64,000 bases of DNA from a virus (taxonomy: Duplodnaviria > Caudoviricetes), in IMG/VR virus record IMGVR_UViG_3300029305_003084, one strand, 5' to 3'. The notes beneath the pieces are model-generated. The model was not told the DNA's origin and did no database searches. It saw nothing but the letters and a program-made list of their open reading frames with translations. Both the position numbers and the translations under genes were made by a program. The stretch's first letter is position 1; every line of letters starts with the position of its first letter. This document shows, piece after piece, positions 9,768-20,521 of this stretch.

Positions 9768-11885
9768 TTATTTCATCTGTTTTGTTAATTTAGGAATCGA
9801 TTTCAATTTATAATTTTCAATTGCTTCTTCCATAAACAACTCATGAATATTACAATCTCCAGCAAGTTTAACATAATTACCATGTTTATCCATTTGAAAA
9901 CTATTAAATGTATCTTTATAATACATACTAAGAATTTTCAATAGTTTATTACGACAATCAATATCTTCAATTGGCAATAATAATTCAAATCTTTTATCAA
10001 GATTTCTTGTTAATAGATCTGCACTAGAAATATAAACATTTGGTTGTTTATTATTATGAAAATAATAAATTCTACTATGCTCTAAGAATCTACCAACAAT
10101 AGAACGAATTGTGATGTTCTTATTAATAGGTTTCATAGAACAGATTCCTCTACAAAATACCATGATTTTAACACCAGCTTTTGATGCTTCGTAAAGTTTA
10201 TCAATAATTATTTTATCAGATAAAGAATTTACTTTAATTGTAATGATAGCTGGTTTATCATTCTTTGCAAGTTTAATCTCATTATCAATATTTTTAATTA
10301 ATTGACTTCTTAAATTAAATGGTGAGAAATACACTTTATTAATTTTATCAGTTGGTTCAGAAAATCCAGTTAACATATTAAATACTTGCAATAAATCTAT
10401 ACCGATCTTAAATTTAGATGTAAAATAAGATATATCAGTATAAATATTTGCAGTTTTATCATTATAGTTTCCTGTACCAATATGAGAGTATATTTTAAAT
10501 CCTCTCTTATTCTGAGCCTTTCTAACAATACAAATAAACTTACAATGAGTTTTATATAACTCAGTACCATATACTAATTGAACTCCACAGTTCTTTAATT
10601 TTTCAATTAAAGAAATATTTCGTTCTTCATCAAATCTTGCTTTAATCTCCAAAATTACTGTAACCTGCTTCCCTTTAGATGCAGCATTACATAATGCATT
10701 AACAATTGGAGAATCAATAGAAGATACTCGATATAACGTTTGCCTAATAGAGACTACGCTTTTATCATTCGCCGCATGTTCCAATAACTTAATTACTGGA
10801 TCATAACTTTCATATGGTGAATGTAAAAGAATATCCCCATTATCAATCGCGGAAAACATATCAAGTTCACCAATCAATTCACTTGGATATTGTGATGTAA
10901 ATCTCTGATATGTTTCTCCTTCAAGATAAATCTCATGTAATGCTTTATAGTTAAAACTATTATCAAATTCATATACATGAGATTTATCAATTTCGAATAT
11001 CTTCATTAATAATTTCTGAAGAGATTTCGATACATTAGATGTGATATCCATAAATATCGGATCACTAAACTTTCTTTTCTGTAAAGTTTGTCTCATACGA
11101 TCTACAATATATGTAGATTCATCATGAGATACTTCAATATCAGCTTCTCTTAGAATCTTTACTAATCCATAATCAATAATTCTTTTATTTGCATATATTT
11201 TATTAAGATTAGCATAAATTACTTCTTCTAATAAAATATATTTAGATTCTTTTGATTTACTTGGTAATTTATAAATCAAATCTAGATTAGAATCTAGTGG
11301 AATAAAAGATATCACTTGAAGATTTGTTTTAATACTATCTTCAAGTGATACAATAATATTGAGTTGTTTCGATTTAATTACTGGAAATTGATTTGTAGAA
11401 TCAATATTAACGGGTGTCAACAGAGGGAATATATTTTGATAGAAAATATTGTCAATATATCTTTTTTCAAAATCATTTAAACTTTTATATTTCACAAGCT
11501 TTACATCACGAGATTCTAATGTATTGATTAGATACTCATAACAATTATCTTGCAATTCTTTAAAAGATTTAATTGCTTTTAAAATCGCATGATATTCATC
11601 CTGTGGATACATCCCAGATAATTCAGGTTCTTTCACACCATATTTTAATTTATTCATAACTGATGATAATCGAACCATGATAAATTCATCCATATTAGAT
11701 GACGTAATATCTAGAAAAGAACAGCGTTCAATAAGAGGTACTTGTTTTCTTACAGTCTGAAATAGTACTCTCTTATTGAACTCTATCCAACTTAATTCTC
11801 TACTAAGATATTTATTCTCAGAATAATATTTTTTACTTACTGGTTTGGTAAGATTATCCGTTAATAATTTAACATATTTTTTCAT
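9768..11885 (-). CDS. ppk1: Polyphosphate kinase 1
   Basis: RELSWIEFNKRVL, SSNMDEFIMVR, ARFDEERNI, KTHCK (phospho-His), HIGTGNYN, RFLEHSR, SADLLTRNLDKRFE; 705 aa. Confidence 0.95.
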   Translation of the reverse strand: MKKYVKLLTDNLTKPVSKKYYSENKYLSRELSWIEFNKRVLFQTVRKQVPLIERCSFLDITSSNMDEFIMVRLSSVMNKLKYGVKEPELSGMYPQDEYHAILKAIKSFKELQDNCYEYLINTLESRDVKLVKYKSLNDFEKRYIDNIFYQNIFPLLTPVNIDSTNQFPVIKSKQLNIIVSLEDSIKTNLQVISFIPLDSNLDLIYKLPSKSKESKYILLEEVIYANLNKIYANKRIIDYGLVKILREADIEVSHDESTYIVDRMRQTLQKRKFSDPIFMDITSNVSKSLQKLLMKIFEIDKSHVYEFDNSFNYKALHEIYLEGETYQRFTSQYPSELIGELDMFSAIDNGDILLHSPYESYDPVIKLLEHAANDKSVVSIRQTLYRVSSIDSPIVNALCNAASKGKQVTVILEIKARFDEERNISLIEKLKNCGVQLVYGTELYKTHCKFICIVRKAQNKRGFKIYSHIGTGNYNDKTANIYTDISYFTSKFKIGIDLLQVFNMLTGFSEPTDKINKVYFSPFNLRSQLIKNIDNEIKLAKNDKPAIITIKVNSLSDKIIIDKLYEASKAGVKIMVFCRGICSMKPINKNITIRSIVGRFLEHSRIYYFHNNKQPNVYISSADLLTRNLDKRFELLLPIEDIDCRNKLLKILSMYYKDTFNSFQMDKHGNYVKLAGDCNIHELFMEEAIENYKLKSIPKLTKQMK

Positions 11886-11902
11886 TACTCATTCTCCATT
11901 CA

Positions 11903-12223
11903 TTATCCATCATATTCATAATCGTCATATATATCATAATACTCGTCATCATCAGGATCTACAGCAACTCCAGTAAATACCATAATATGGTCATTTAAAT
12001 GATTTTTGATTCTAGCTTCAAAAATATCATTTAACGTTACCTTTGGATTAATAAATACTAAAGGAGTCTTATATGGATATTCTTTATAATATATCGTATC
12101 ATCATCCACAGCCTTTAATCTCTCTTTTAAATTTTTACTAATACTATCAGGTAATCTTTCTCGTTTAATAATCTGATTAATTAAATCAGAAATACTACAA
12201 CTATAAAGACTATAATCAACCAT
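11903..12223 (-). CDS. Hypothetical protein
   Basis: RBS AAGGAGG; early-type promoter motif at about 12245-12265. Confidence 0.7.
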   Translation of the reverse strand: MVDYSLYSCSISDLINQIIKRERLPDSISKNLKERLKAVDDDTIYYKEYPYKTPLVFINPKVTLNDIFEARIKNHLNDHIMVFTGVAVDPDDDEYYDIYDDYEYDG

Positions 12224-12273
12224 ACGTCAACCTCCTTTATACTTATATAATATATATTTAAAATATGGATTAA

Positions 12274-13521
12274 TTATTTTTCTTCAGATAATTTGAGAAT
12301 ATCATCAACTAAATCATTTACATATAATGTGTTGATATGAATAATTAATCTATATGTGGCATCTGGATCACAATCATATGTATATAAAATATAATCTTTA
12401 AAATCTACTTTAAAGTCAACTTCTTCAACTAATCTATGATTGTTTTTCATAAGAATAACTTTCATAAACATACCAAGAGGCATATGATTTAATTTATGAT
12501 ATTCAATTGCAGATACCATACTATTATTTAATACATCTTTTAAATTCAGTTCATCAGGAACTTTATGTGGATCAACCATAAATATAGGTGCAGAATATAA
12601 ATTCCAACCATCATCAAGTTTACCAGTATATAAATTACTTACTGTAAAATAAGGAATAATCTGACCAGATTTCTTATCTTCTAAAGAATAAATTTCATGA
12701 TCAATGAAATCATTCTTTTTACTAAAATAATAATATAAACCTGCAGAATTAAATTCAGCACTCACGGTAAAGTTAATCGTATGTGCATCAGCAATCATTC
12801 CTTTTTTACTACCATCATCAATACTTAACCCAGTAAACATAGTATCGATATTTGCAGGATAAAATCTGAAAAATTCATCATTACCTGATGCATTTTTCAT
12901 TTTATATGAAATAGGATAATCAGATATACCATTTAAATATTCTAAAAATGGTCCAACATTCCCGTCGTCATCATACATTGGAATATCATTATCATCTGCA
13001 ACCATTTTCATTAAATCTCTAGGAATATAACTCTCTAATGATGTACGAATAAAAAAAGGCATATCTTGTCGTACTCTATTCTTAAAAAAATGAACCTGAT
13101 TTAATTGTTCCATTTGAGTCTCTACTACAATAGTGACATCAAAATACATTTTTAATCGATTCATTAAAAATCTCATTTGGTTACCTGTTTCAGAATCATA
13201 TAAAAAAGGCAATAAATTACCCATATCATGATCCATGTAATTATCTGTCATTCTTGTTGTTAAATATGTATTGTATAAAAAAGTATCAGAATCATTTATT
13301 TCAATTCTAGGTCTAATGATTAACATAGGCTTACGCTTCTTAATAAACTCTTTCTTAGAGTTCTTAAAAATATCAAATTGCTTATATGCAATAGTTGAAG
13401 CTATATGTACTGTATTAAAGTAATCTCTAGGAAATAATGTTTTAATATATTCGGTAATAAAACAAGTTACATTACCATATGTATGAGCTAATGATGTTTG
13501 TGCAACACAATATCCGCCCAT
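12274..13521 (-). CDS. Hypothetical jumbo-phage protein, probably virion structural
   Basis: 415-aa ORF, RBS GGAGGTG, late-type motif at 13539-13550. Confidence 0.55.
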   Translation of the reverse strand: MGGYCVAQTSLAHTYGNVTCFITEYIKTLFPRDYFNTVHIASTIAYKQFDIFKNSKKEFIKKRKPMLIIRPRIEINDSDTFLYNTYLTTRMTDNYMDHDMGNLLPFLYDSETGNQMRFLMNRLKMYFDVTIVVETQMEQLNQVHFFKNRVRQDMPFFIRTSLESYIPRDLMKMVADDNDIPMYDDDGNVGPFLEYLNGISDYPISYKMKNASGNDEFFRFYPANIDTMFTGLSIDDGSKKGMIADAHTINFTVSAEFNSAGLYYYFSKKNDFIDHEIYSLEDKKSGQIIPYFTVSNLYTGKLDDGWNLYSAPIFMVDPHKVPDELNLKDVLNNSMVSAIEYHKLNHMPLGMFMKVILMKNNHRLVEEVDFKVDFKDYILYTYDCDPDATYRLIIHINTLYVNDLVDDILKLSEEK

Positions 13522-13603
13522 ATTATCACCTCCAATATTACTTTAATGTTTTATGGTGGTTTTTATATAAAAAAGAAAGCATTGTATAATGCTTTCTTTT
13601 TTC

Positions 13604-14131
13604 TTAATAATATAGAAAATCCCTTAATCGCTTAGCTCGTGAGGGATAACGAAGATGTCGAAGCGCTCTAGCTTCTATTTGACTAATGCTCTCAGGGTAT
13701 TTATTTAAATGCTTACCTATATTCTTTAGAGTCATATCTTTATAAAATCGCAATGTAATTACAGTACATTCTAAATTAGTTAAAGAATCTAACACATCTT
13801 TCATGGTATCAACTAGCGGAGTATGATATAACATATCATCATAATCAATATCGTATAAAAAATCATAATCATCTATGTTAACCATATGATCAGCATACGT
13901 ATTCTCATTTTTAAGATATTTATTAACCTCAGTAAAAATATATCTTCTAGCGTATGCTCTAAAAGGTTGTTTATACGATGTTTTATAATTTCTAGATGCT
14001 TGTACAAGGCCAAGATATGCACAACTAAAAACATCATCATTATCGTTATAATTCGGGTAATACTTACTGATTAAATGATCAACTAAATCATAGTTGTCCA
14101 TAACCAATTTATCTTGTTCTGATATAATCAT
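13604..14131 (-). CDS. Sigma70-family sigma factor (region 4 SigA/RpoD-like)
   Basis: Region 2 AYLGLVQASRNY..FRAYARRYI; C-terminus ESISQIEARALRHLRYPSRAKRLRDFL. Confidence 0.85.
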   Translation of the reverse strand: MIISEQDKLVMDNYDLVDHLISKYYPNYNDNDDVFSCAYLGLVQASRNYKTSYKQPFRAYARRYIFTEVNKYLKNENTYADHMVNIDDYDFLYDIDYDDMLYHTPLVDTMKDVLDSLTNLECTVITLRFYKDMTLKNIGKHLNKYPESISQIEARALRHLRYPSRAKRLRDFLYY

Positions 14132-14269
14132 GATGTTACCTCTTTCTGGTTTGTGAAGTTTTCCTTCTTCTTAAAAATACTTTAATGATTTAGAAGAATC
14201 ATAGAAAATATTCTAATACTCCTTCTTTATTATGATTATAATATATAATTAAAAGTGTCGATTTTACGA
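14132..14269 (-). repeat. Leader repeat copy 4
   Basis: Same promoter/stem-loop/RBS block. Confidence 0.9.
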
Positions 14270-14318
14270 TATTAATATAAAAAAAGAAAGCACCATAAAG
14301 ATGCTTTCTTTTTAATGA

Positions 14319-14720
14319 TCACTTAACAGATTGTGCGATCTTCCAGGAATATACCATATGATCAGGCTTCTCGATAGGCTTGAATCGGTTAACATTTGCA
14401 ATAGGTAACCAGATATTACCATGGACAGGATCCTTAGCATTAACTAGAGTAATGTCATACTTCCAGTTAAACCATTCTTGGAGTGCTTGGAAGTTTTCCC
14501 AAACATCAACACCATTACTAACGTCGACCTCATCTGCAATGAAACTACCGACATAATCGGTAGAATCATAAGGTACGGAACGAATGATACTAAACACATC
14601 AACGACCTTCGTATCCTTATTCAGAATACACACAAATCCTTGATGTTTAGTGTCCAGGTCATCACAACGAATGATGCTCACAGGGACATCATATATGTAC
14701 TTAAAATTGCCGATTGTCAT
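14319..14720 (-). CDS. Hypothetical cassette protein
   Basis: Between repeat copy 5 and a terminator at about 14278-14313. Confidence 0.7.
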   Translation of the reverse strand: MTIGNFKYIYDVPVSIIRCDDLDTKHQGFVCILNKDTKVVDVFSIIRSVPYDSTDYVGSFIADEVDVSNGVDVWENFQALQEWFNWKYDITLVNAKDPVHGNIWLPIANVNRFKPIEKPDHMVYSWKIAQSVK

Positions 14721-14857
14721 AATAAATCCTTTCTGATTTTATAGAGTTTACTCTCTTTACAAAAGTTGTGTAATGATTAAGAAGGATCATAGAAAATATT
14801 CTAATATTTCCTTCTTTATTATGATTATAATATATATTTGAAATTATTAATTTTACT
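14721..14857 (-). repeat. Leader repeat copy 5 (more diverged)
   Basis: Same block with substitutions near the RBS. Confidence 0.85.
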
Positions 14858-14917
14858 ATTTATATAAAAAAAGAAAGCATCATTTGATACTTTCTTTTTA
14901 TAGATATATTAATGGGA

Positions 14918-15442
14918 TTACAGTATCCCATTTAATTTACAGTTACGAATACGGTAACGAAGCTTTTTAATAGCTCTATCATATATAAATGGAACACACA
15001 TACCATCTCTAGTGATTTTTAAAAATTTATTAATATCGTTATTAGATGATAATTTACCACAATAAAGTAATTCCATAATACAACGCTCTTCCATTTTTAA
15101 TGTTGGAATCATATCAATTAATATGTCATATATAATTTTTTCAAAAACTTTCTGATCATAATTAATAAGAGCCAAATCATAATCATCTAAACTAGAAATG
15201 TAATTGTGATATGATGTTTCCTGATTAATATATGCATCAATCTCTCTCAATATGTAATGTCTAGCGAATTGTCTAAATGTTGATTTGTAGGATGATCTGT
15301 AATTTCTTGATGCTTGAATAAGGCCAATATTCGCACAACTAAAAACATCTTCATCATTCTCGTATTGAGAATAATATTTCTTGATTAGATGATCAACTAA
15401 GTCATAGTTATCTATGACTAGTTTATCTTGTTCTATACTCAT
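14918..15442 (-). CDS. Sigma70-family sigma-like protein with degenerate region 4
   Basis: N-terminal half highly similar to 13604-14131 (DEDVFSCANIGLIQASRNY); HTH poorly conserved. Confidence 0.75.
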   Translation of the reverse strand: MSIEQDKLVIDNYDLVDHLIKKYYSQYENDEDVFSCANIGLIQASRNYRSSYKSTFRQFARHYILREIDAYINQETSYHNYISSLDDYDLALINYDQKVFEKIIYDILIDMIPTLKMEERCIMELLYCGKLSSNNDINKFLKITRDGMCVPFIYDRAIKKLRYRIRNCKLNGIL

Positions 15443-15577
15443 GATGTTACCTTTCTGGTTTGTAGAGTTTCCATCTCTTTACAGTATGTAATGATTAAGA
15501 AGGATCATAGAAAATATTCTAATTATTTCCTTCTTTATTATGATTATAATATATAATTGAAAGTGTTGACTTTACGA
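15443..15577 (-). repeat. Leader repeat copy 6
   Basis: Same block. Confidence 0.9.
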
Positions 15578-15586
15578 TTTTATAAT

Positions 15587-16147
15587 TTATTCAAAATAAT
15601 CAGTATCTACATAATCATGGCTACTTATAAAAGCATTCCCATAAATTTGAGCATTTCCATATACATTATTAAATCCTACCACTTTAGCGTTTCCATATAT
15701 TCGAGAATTACCATATATATCAGCATATCCACCTATTTCAGAGTTTCCAGATATCCAAGCACGTTCATGTACCCGAGCAAATCCACATACTTGAGCATTC
15801 ATACTAATAAAAGCATCACCATATACTTTGCTACCACCCCATATTGAAACATCATCACATATTATAGCATTGTCATATACCTGAGCATAACCATATACTT
15901 CAACATTATCACATATAAATGCATCACCATATACTTTAGCATCACCAAATACACAAGCATTATCAGATACCCAACAATCTCCATCATGAGAAAGATTATC
16001 TTCTTTCTCAATATATCCACCTAAATCACCAACATTAACACCTAATTCAGGAATATCTTTCAAAGCACGAATACGATGAAGGGTATGTGAATAAATACTA
16101 TATTCAATGATAATAATATCATCAGTCAATTCATATTTTTTACTCAT
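15587..16147 (-). CDS. Hexapeptide-repeat (left-handed beta-helix) phage protein
   Basis: KKYELT..RIRALKD..GDLGGYIEKEDNLS..WV N-terminus followed by many A.VYG[DN] hexapeptides. Confidence 0.85.
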   Translation of the reverse strand: MSKKYELTDDIIIIEYSIYSHTLHRIRALKDIPELGVNVGDLGGYIEKEDNLSHDGDCWVSDNACVFGDAKVYGDAFICDNVEVYGYAQVYDNAIICDDVSIWGGSKVYGDAFISMNAQVCGFARVHERAWISGNSEIGGYADIYGNSRIYGNAKVVGFNNVYGNAQIYGNAFISSHDYVDTDYFE

Positions 16148-16230
16148 AGCAATTCCTTCTTTATATACATATTAACTTTTACAAAAAATAAAAGATAGAT
16201 ATAGAGAAATTCCCTATATCTATCTTTAAA

Positions 16231-17112
16231 TTATTTTATTTCAACATTTGCGTTATATTCTACAGATGCATTCATAACAGTAATCATTGCATTAAATATA
16301 ATGTATATGTCTGTATTACTATCAATGACAACGGATTTCGTTACTGTACCATCACCTAATGAAATATACATCTCACATCTAGGATTATTATCAACAATAT
16401 TTCTCACAATAAATAATTCATCATCATGTGTATTTGTTGCTAATAATACAGGTTCACTATTATCTGCAGATGATATTAAATTATAATAAATATCTTGTAA
16501 TAAGTTAACATTGATATGAATACTTACATTAGAATATTTATAGGCATGAACTTCACTGATGTTATATTCATCTAAAATATTCATTGATACTAATGAGCTG
16601 CACATTCCGTCATAAATTTGCCATGTTTTTCCTCTAAAGAACTTTCTATTTTCTTCAGACTCTAACTGATTTAACAAGGATGATGTACTCTTATACATAA
16701 TGAGATTAATATTTGTCATTAACTGATTAAATATAATTGTGTCATCTGTAGTATTATTAATATCATATAGCACTTTATTATTTGAAATATCAATAACAGA
16801 ATCTAATTTATGATTTTGATAAATTTTTAATACGTGAATTTTTATATCTAATTTATCAATACCAATCAATGTTTTATTGTTTTCATAAAATTTTCTATCC
16901 TGATATGGTACAAGTTTTAATAATTCTTCATATACTGTAGACTTTGAAATATTACATAATCTTCTATATCCTCGTCTACATATACCAGATTTCATAAATT
17001 CTTGTACTAATTCAGAACATACTTCAATTGAATAACTAACTTTCTTAAAGTATAAACTTTGAACTGCTATAATAAATTCTGTATCATTTAATTTAACAGG
17101 TTTATTATTCAT
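16231..17112 (-). CDS. Hypothetical protein
   Basis: ORF coupled to the dcd stop; likely start MNNKPVK. Confidence 0.6.
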   Translation of the reverse strand: MNNKPVKLNDTEFIIAVQSLYFKKVSYSIEVCSELVQEFMKSGICRRGYRRLCNISKSTVYEELLKLVPYQDRKFYENNKTLIGIDKLDIKIHVLKIYQNHKLDSVIDISNNKVLYDINNTTDDTIIFNQLMTNINLIMYKSTSSLLNQLESEENRKFFRGKTWQIYDGMCSSLVSMNILDEYNISEVHAYKYSNVSIHINVNLLQDIYYNLISSADNSEPVLLATNTHDDELFIVRNIVDNNPRCEMYISLGDGTVTKSVVIDSNTDIYIIFNAMITVMNASVEYNANVEIK

Positions 17113-17113
17113 A

Positions 17114-17632
17114 TTACTCAAATTCCTTATAAAGACCACTACTCATAACATCAGTTGCATGGTGATACTTGCCTTCATAATAAATCTTATCACCAACTGC
17201 TTCCTGATAGTAAATCTGACAAATTTCAACTCCAGGATAAACACGAATAGGTTTTGATACAGTGATCTCCAGTGTCCAGTTCCCATCAAAACCAATATCA
17301 CCAAAACCTGCACAGATATGAACGACAATACCAAGACGAGCAATACTACTACGACCATCTAAACAAGGAACATACTCAGCTGTCCATGTAGTTTCCATAG
17401 TCTTACCTAGATATAATTCACCAGGCTGTAGTACATATCCTTCTTCAGGAATAATAATTTCCTTAGTAGGATTATCTTTCTTCATATCTAGTTCATCTTC
17501 AGTATACACTAATAGTTTATTAGCTAATCTTAAATTATAACTATTGGGATTAACTTGATTAGGATTAAAAGGTTCAATAAAAATTCTAGCAGCATTAACT
17601 TCTTCTACAATTTTAGGACCGGTTAACATCAT
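17114..17632 (-). CDS. dcd: dCTP deaminase
   Basis: QVNPNSYNLRL, GRSSIARLG, AGFGDIGFDGNWTLEI, ICQI, YEGKY. Confidence 0.92.
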   Translation of the reverse strand: MMLTGPKIVEEVNAARIFIEPFNPNQVNPNSYNLRLANKLLVYTEDELDMKKDNPTKEIIIPEEGYVLQPGELYLGKTMETTWTAEYVPCLDGRSSIARLGIVVHICAGFGDIGFDGNWTLEITVSKPIRVYPGVEICQIYYQEAVGDKIYYEGKYHHATDVMSSGLYKEFE

Positions 17633-17647
17633 AATTATATTCCTCCC

Positions 17648-20440
17648 TTAGTCAATGTTATTAAATTGGTATAATCCGATCAACTGATCTTTTAATAGAT
17701 TTGCATCATTATTAAATAATGAATCATTTCTAGAAATAAATAAGTTCTTTCTAGGATTAAAATATTTATCAAAGTGTTTCTCTAATGATTTTGTCTTTAA
17801 AGAAACAATATTAAGAATATCACCGTCGAAGTCTGCGTTTAATACACTAAGAATTTGAATTGGTAACATTTGTGTTCACATAGAGTCGTTAATTCTATGC
17901 CGTTCTCTTATGAACTGCTATATATTTCTATATAGACCAGACTATATCTTCATCTCCCTATAATAATAAAATATTATAGGGAGATGCTCCCCATTTCCAC
18001 TCACTTGAGTGTACGTCAATAATGACTAGTCGTTGAACCTTCTCTTATAATATTTATTTACCATTTATATAATTTAGTTATATCTTTTCTAATAAAACGT
18101 CCTCTAATTGATGTTATATACTTTCGGGCTAATTTATTACTATTATCCAATTTCATAATATCTATAATTTCAGAATTACTATATCCTTTAGATATTAAAC
18201 GACATATCATATGAATATCATCGTTAGAATATTTTTTATTATATGTCGCATCAGTTTTAGGTATATTATATTGAGATGAAATTTCAGTATAATGTTTTCC
18301 TAGTCTAATTTTAGATATTTTTGTTCTCATTCGTTCTTTTTCTTTTGAATCAGTAATATTTAGATATTTTATTATATCTCTAGCCAATAATCCGTCTTGT
18401 AATAATTTGCAAATTTTATGAACTTCATCAATATCTGTTTTATTTAAAATATTGACAGGAATATCAAATTCATCTCTCAAATATTCAAACGACGGATCAT
18501 ATCGTATACGCTCAATTATTCCATATAGACTTTTTATTTTTAAATCTGAAATATTTAATATCTTGTATATATCAGCTGGTGATGAGCCATCCTCTAATAA
18601 TTTAGCTATTTGTCGAACTAATTTATTATCAAACTTTATATTATTTTTACTCATTTGTAATAAATGAGCATCCATATTACCTGTTGCAACAGCATGTTGA
18701 ATATTTTCATCTTGTGTACACCATTCTAAATTTTTATAATAATTATGAGAAGGATTAGAATCGAAATGATTTATAACAATACGATCATTGTTATAATCAT
18801 AACCATCGACAAATGTCATTGCAACTAATCTATGAACTAAAAATTGAGTTGTTGTATGTTCATCATCGTTTTTAGTATCAATAGCATTTAATGTTACACG
18901 ACAATATCCTAAATTATCAACATGTTGTTTTACAACATGTCCAGTTTCTACATTTACAATTGTACCGTAAGTACCAATAATATAAATTGGTTCTATAATA
19001 AATCTACTAGTATCTTTATCTAACTGGACTAAGTAATTAAATGATTCAGGCTCATCATCAATTATTATATACATACTATAATATTTTTTATTTCCCATAG
19101 ATTCACCTCACATATATTAAATATTATAAGAGCTTGGCTGCTGATTGTCTTATAATATAAGAGTTCCCAGCAATTAAAGGAGTTTGCTATATACATCACT
19201 GTATATAGGAGCTTACAAATTAACTCATTGTATAATCCTCATCAAATTCATTTTTAATACTTTTAATTTTAACACACAGTAAACTACCGTAATTAATTGT
19301 AGGATTACGATTTATAATTATTTTCGGACGATATTTCTTAAGAATATAATTCATAATTTCATAAATTTTAGGATTATATACAATTCTTGCTTTGAACCAT
19401 TGTTCATATGCTTCGTTTTCAGTAATATCTGCCATATTAACTAAGCACGAAATTATTTCGAATTTAAAAAGTTCTAAGCAAGCAGTATAGTTTAATCTAA
19501 CTTCATCAGCTTTTAATGTTGGATCAGGTATAATAACACATCTACTACTAAATGAAATCATACCACCTAAGATATCAGATCTAATATGTCCTTCTTTCAT
19601 ATTAATGATATCAAAAATTAAATCCCAAAGTTCATTTAATTTAGTTTGAATTGATGATAAAATAGTTGAACTATCCATTCGTTCTCTTTTTTCTTTAGTC
19701 CATTTCTTTCTTCTTGCTTCATATAACTCAGTATCATTCAACAATCTTACAGATGAAAATATACTATTATATTTTTTGTCAATGCTATTATAGAAGAAAG
19801 ATTCCTGTCTGAAACTAATCGGACGAAGGACAGCCGAGAATACTGGAATTGAAGATGTAAATATCTTATCTCTATCCTCTTCAATCTCTTTAATTTCTTC
19901 CAATTTATTCTTTTTCTTATTTTTATAATATGCTAAAATTTCATCAAATCTTTCTTGAAATTCAATAATACCAATCCCTTTAAATGGATTAGAACTATCT
20001 TTTTGTTGAATATGACCATTTCTATCAATAAATTTGTCATATTCAACGATTTCTTTAAATTGTCTACTACCAATAATACCAGATAGTTTATTATAATAAG
20101 ATGGCTGAATTAACTTATGATTATTAATCACAATCCAACCAGTAACCGATAAATCAACATCTCTATATTCTACTTTAGTCTTGCAATGTGGACAAACTTC
20201 ACCTTCAAATATTTTACCTTGAATAGATTTACATTTACATGTCCAACGATCCATGAAGGCGTCGTCATCAGACCAATCAGTACCAAATCGAGAAGATTGG
20301 ATACCATTATATGATTTTTGATCTTTATTTGTGATAGCAGGTTCTGTAATTAAGAAACCTTTACCTAGCATTAAGTCTAATCGGCATTCTTCATCCCAGT
20401 TCAATTTTACTAATCGAACACCTTTGTCTTTTTTGCCCAT
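17648..20440 (-). CDS. Phage RNA polymerase beta' N-terminal subunit, spliced: join(20440..19223,17866..17648), 478 aa
   Basis: Zn finger CKC..CPHC, SSRCVIIPD, NRNPTI and catalytic NADFDGD in exon 2; the spliced junction reads YTMS/LPIQILSVLNADFDGD. Confidence 0.92.
17867..19222 (-). mobile_element. Group I intron in beta'-N (1356 nt)
   Basis: P1 GAGU/GCUC with U.G at the 5' splice site; core AATTGCTGGGAACTC, AATCAGCAGC, TTCAACGACTA, GAAGATATAGTC; terminal G. Confidence 0.92.
18058..19098 (-). CDS. Intron-encoded HNH homing endonuclease with C-terminal repeated DNA-binding modules
   Basis: VHRLVAMTF..INHFDSNPSHNYYKNLEWCTQDENIQHA; three helical repeats. Confidence 0.9.
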   Translation of the reverse strand: MGNKKYYSMYIIIDDEPESFNYLVQLDKDTSRFIIEPIYIIGTYGTIVNVETGHVVKQHVDNLGYCRVTLNAIDTKNDDEHTTTQFLVHRLVAMTFVDGYDYNNDRIVINHFDSNPSHNYYKNLEWCTQDENIQHAVATGNMDAHLLQMSKNNIKFDNKLVRQIAKLLEDGSSPADIYKILNISDLKIKSLYGIIERIRYDPSFEYLRDEFDIPVNILNKTDIDEVHKICKLLQDGLLARDIIKYLNITDSKEKERMRTKISKIRLGKHYTEISSQYNIPKTDATYNKKYSNDDIHMICRLISKGYSNSEIIDIMKLDNSNKLARKYITSIRGRFIRKDITKLYKW

Positions 20441-20480
20441 AATTTATTCCTCCTTTAATAAAATTATCAAATTAATAGAA

Positions 20481-20520
20481 AAAATAATTGACCAGAGATA
20501 TTTTTCTGGTCAATTATTTT
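20481..20520 (-). terminator. Hairpin with U-tract downstream of array 2
   Basis: AAAATAATTGACCAGA / TCTGGTCAATTATTTT inverted repeat. Confidence 0.65.
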
Positions 20521-20521
20521 A

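Noticed and set aside
8139-15577. Integron attC array or IS/MITE family
   Set aside because: The repeats contain a promoter and RBS and lie 5' of genes; no attC core sites, terminal inverted repeats, target duplications or integrase seen
17648-17869. Stand-alone ORFs 17648-17869, 21278-21673, 46603-46800 and 47112-48251
   Set aside because: They are exons of intron-split RNAP genes; their apparent starts lie in intron ends or inside exons
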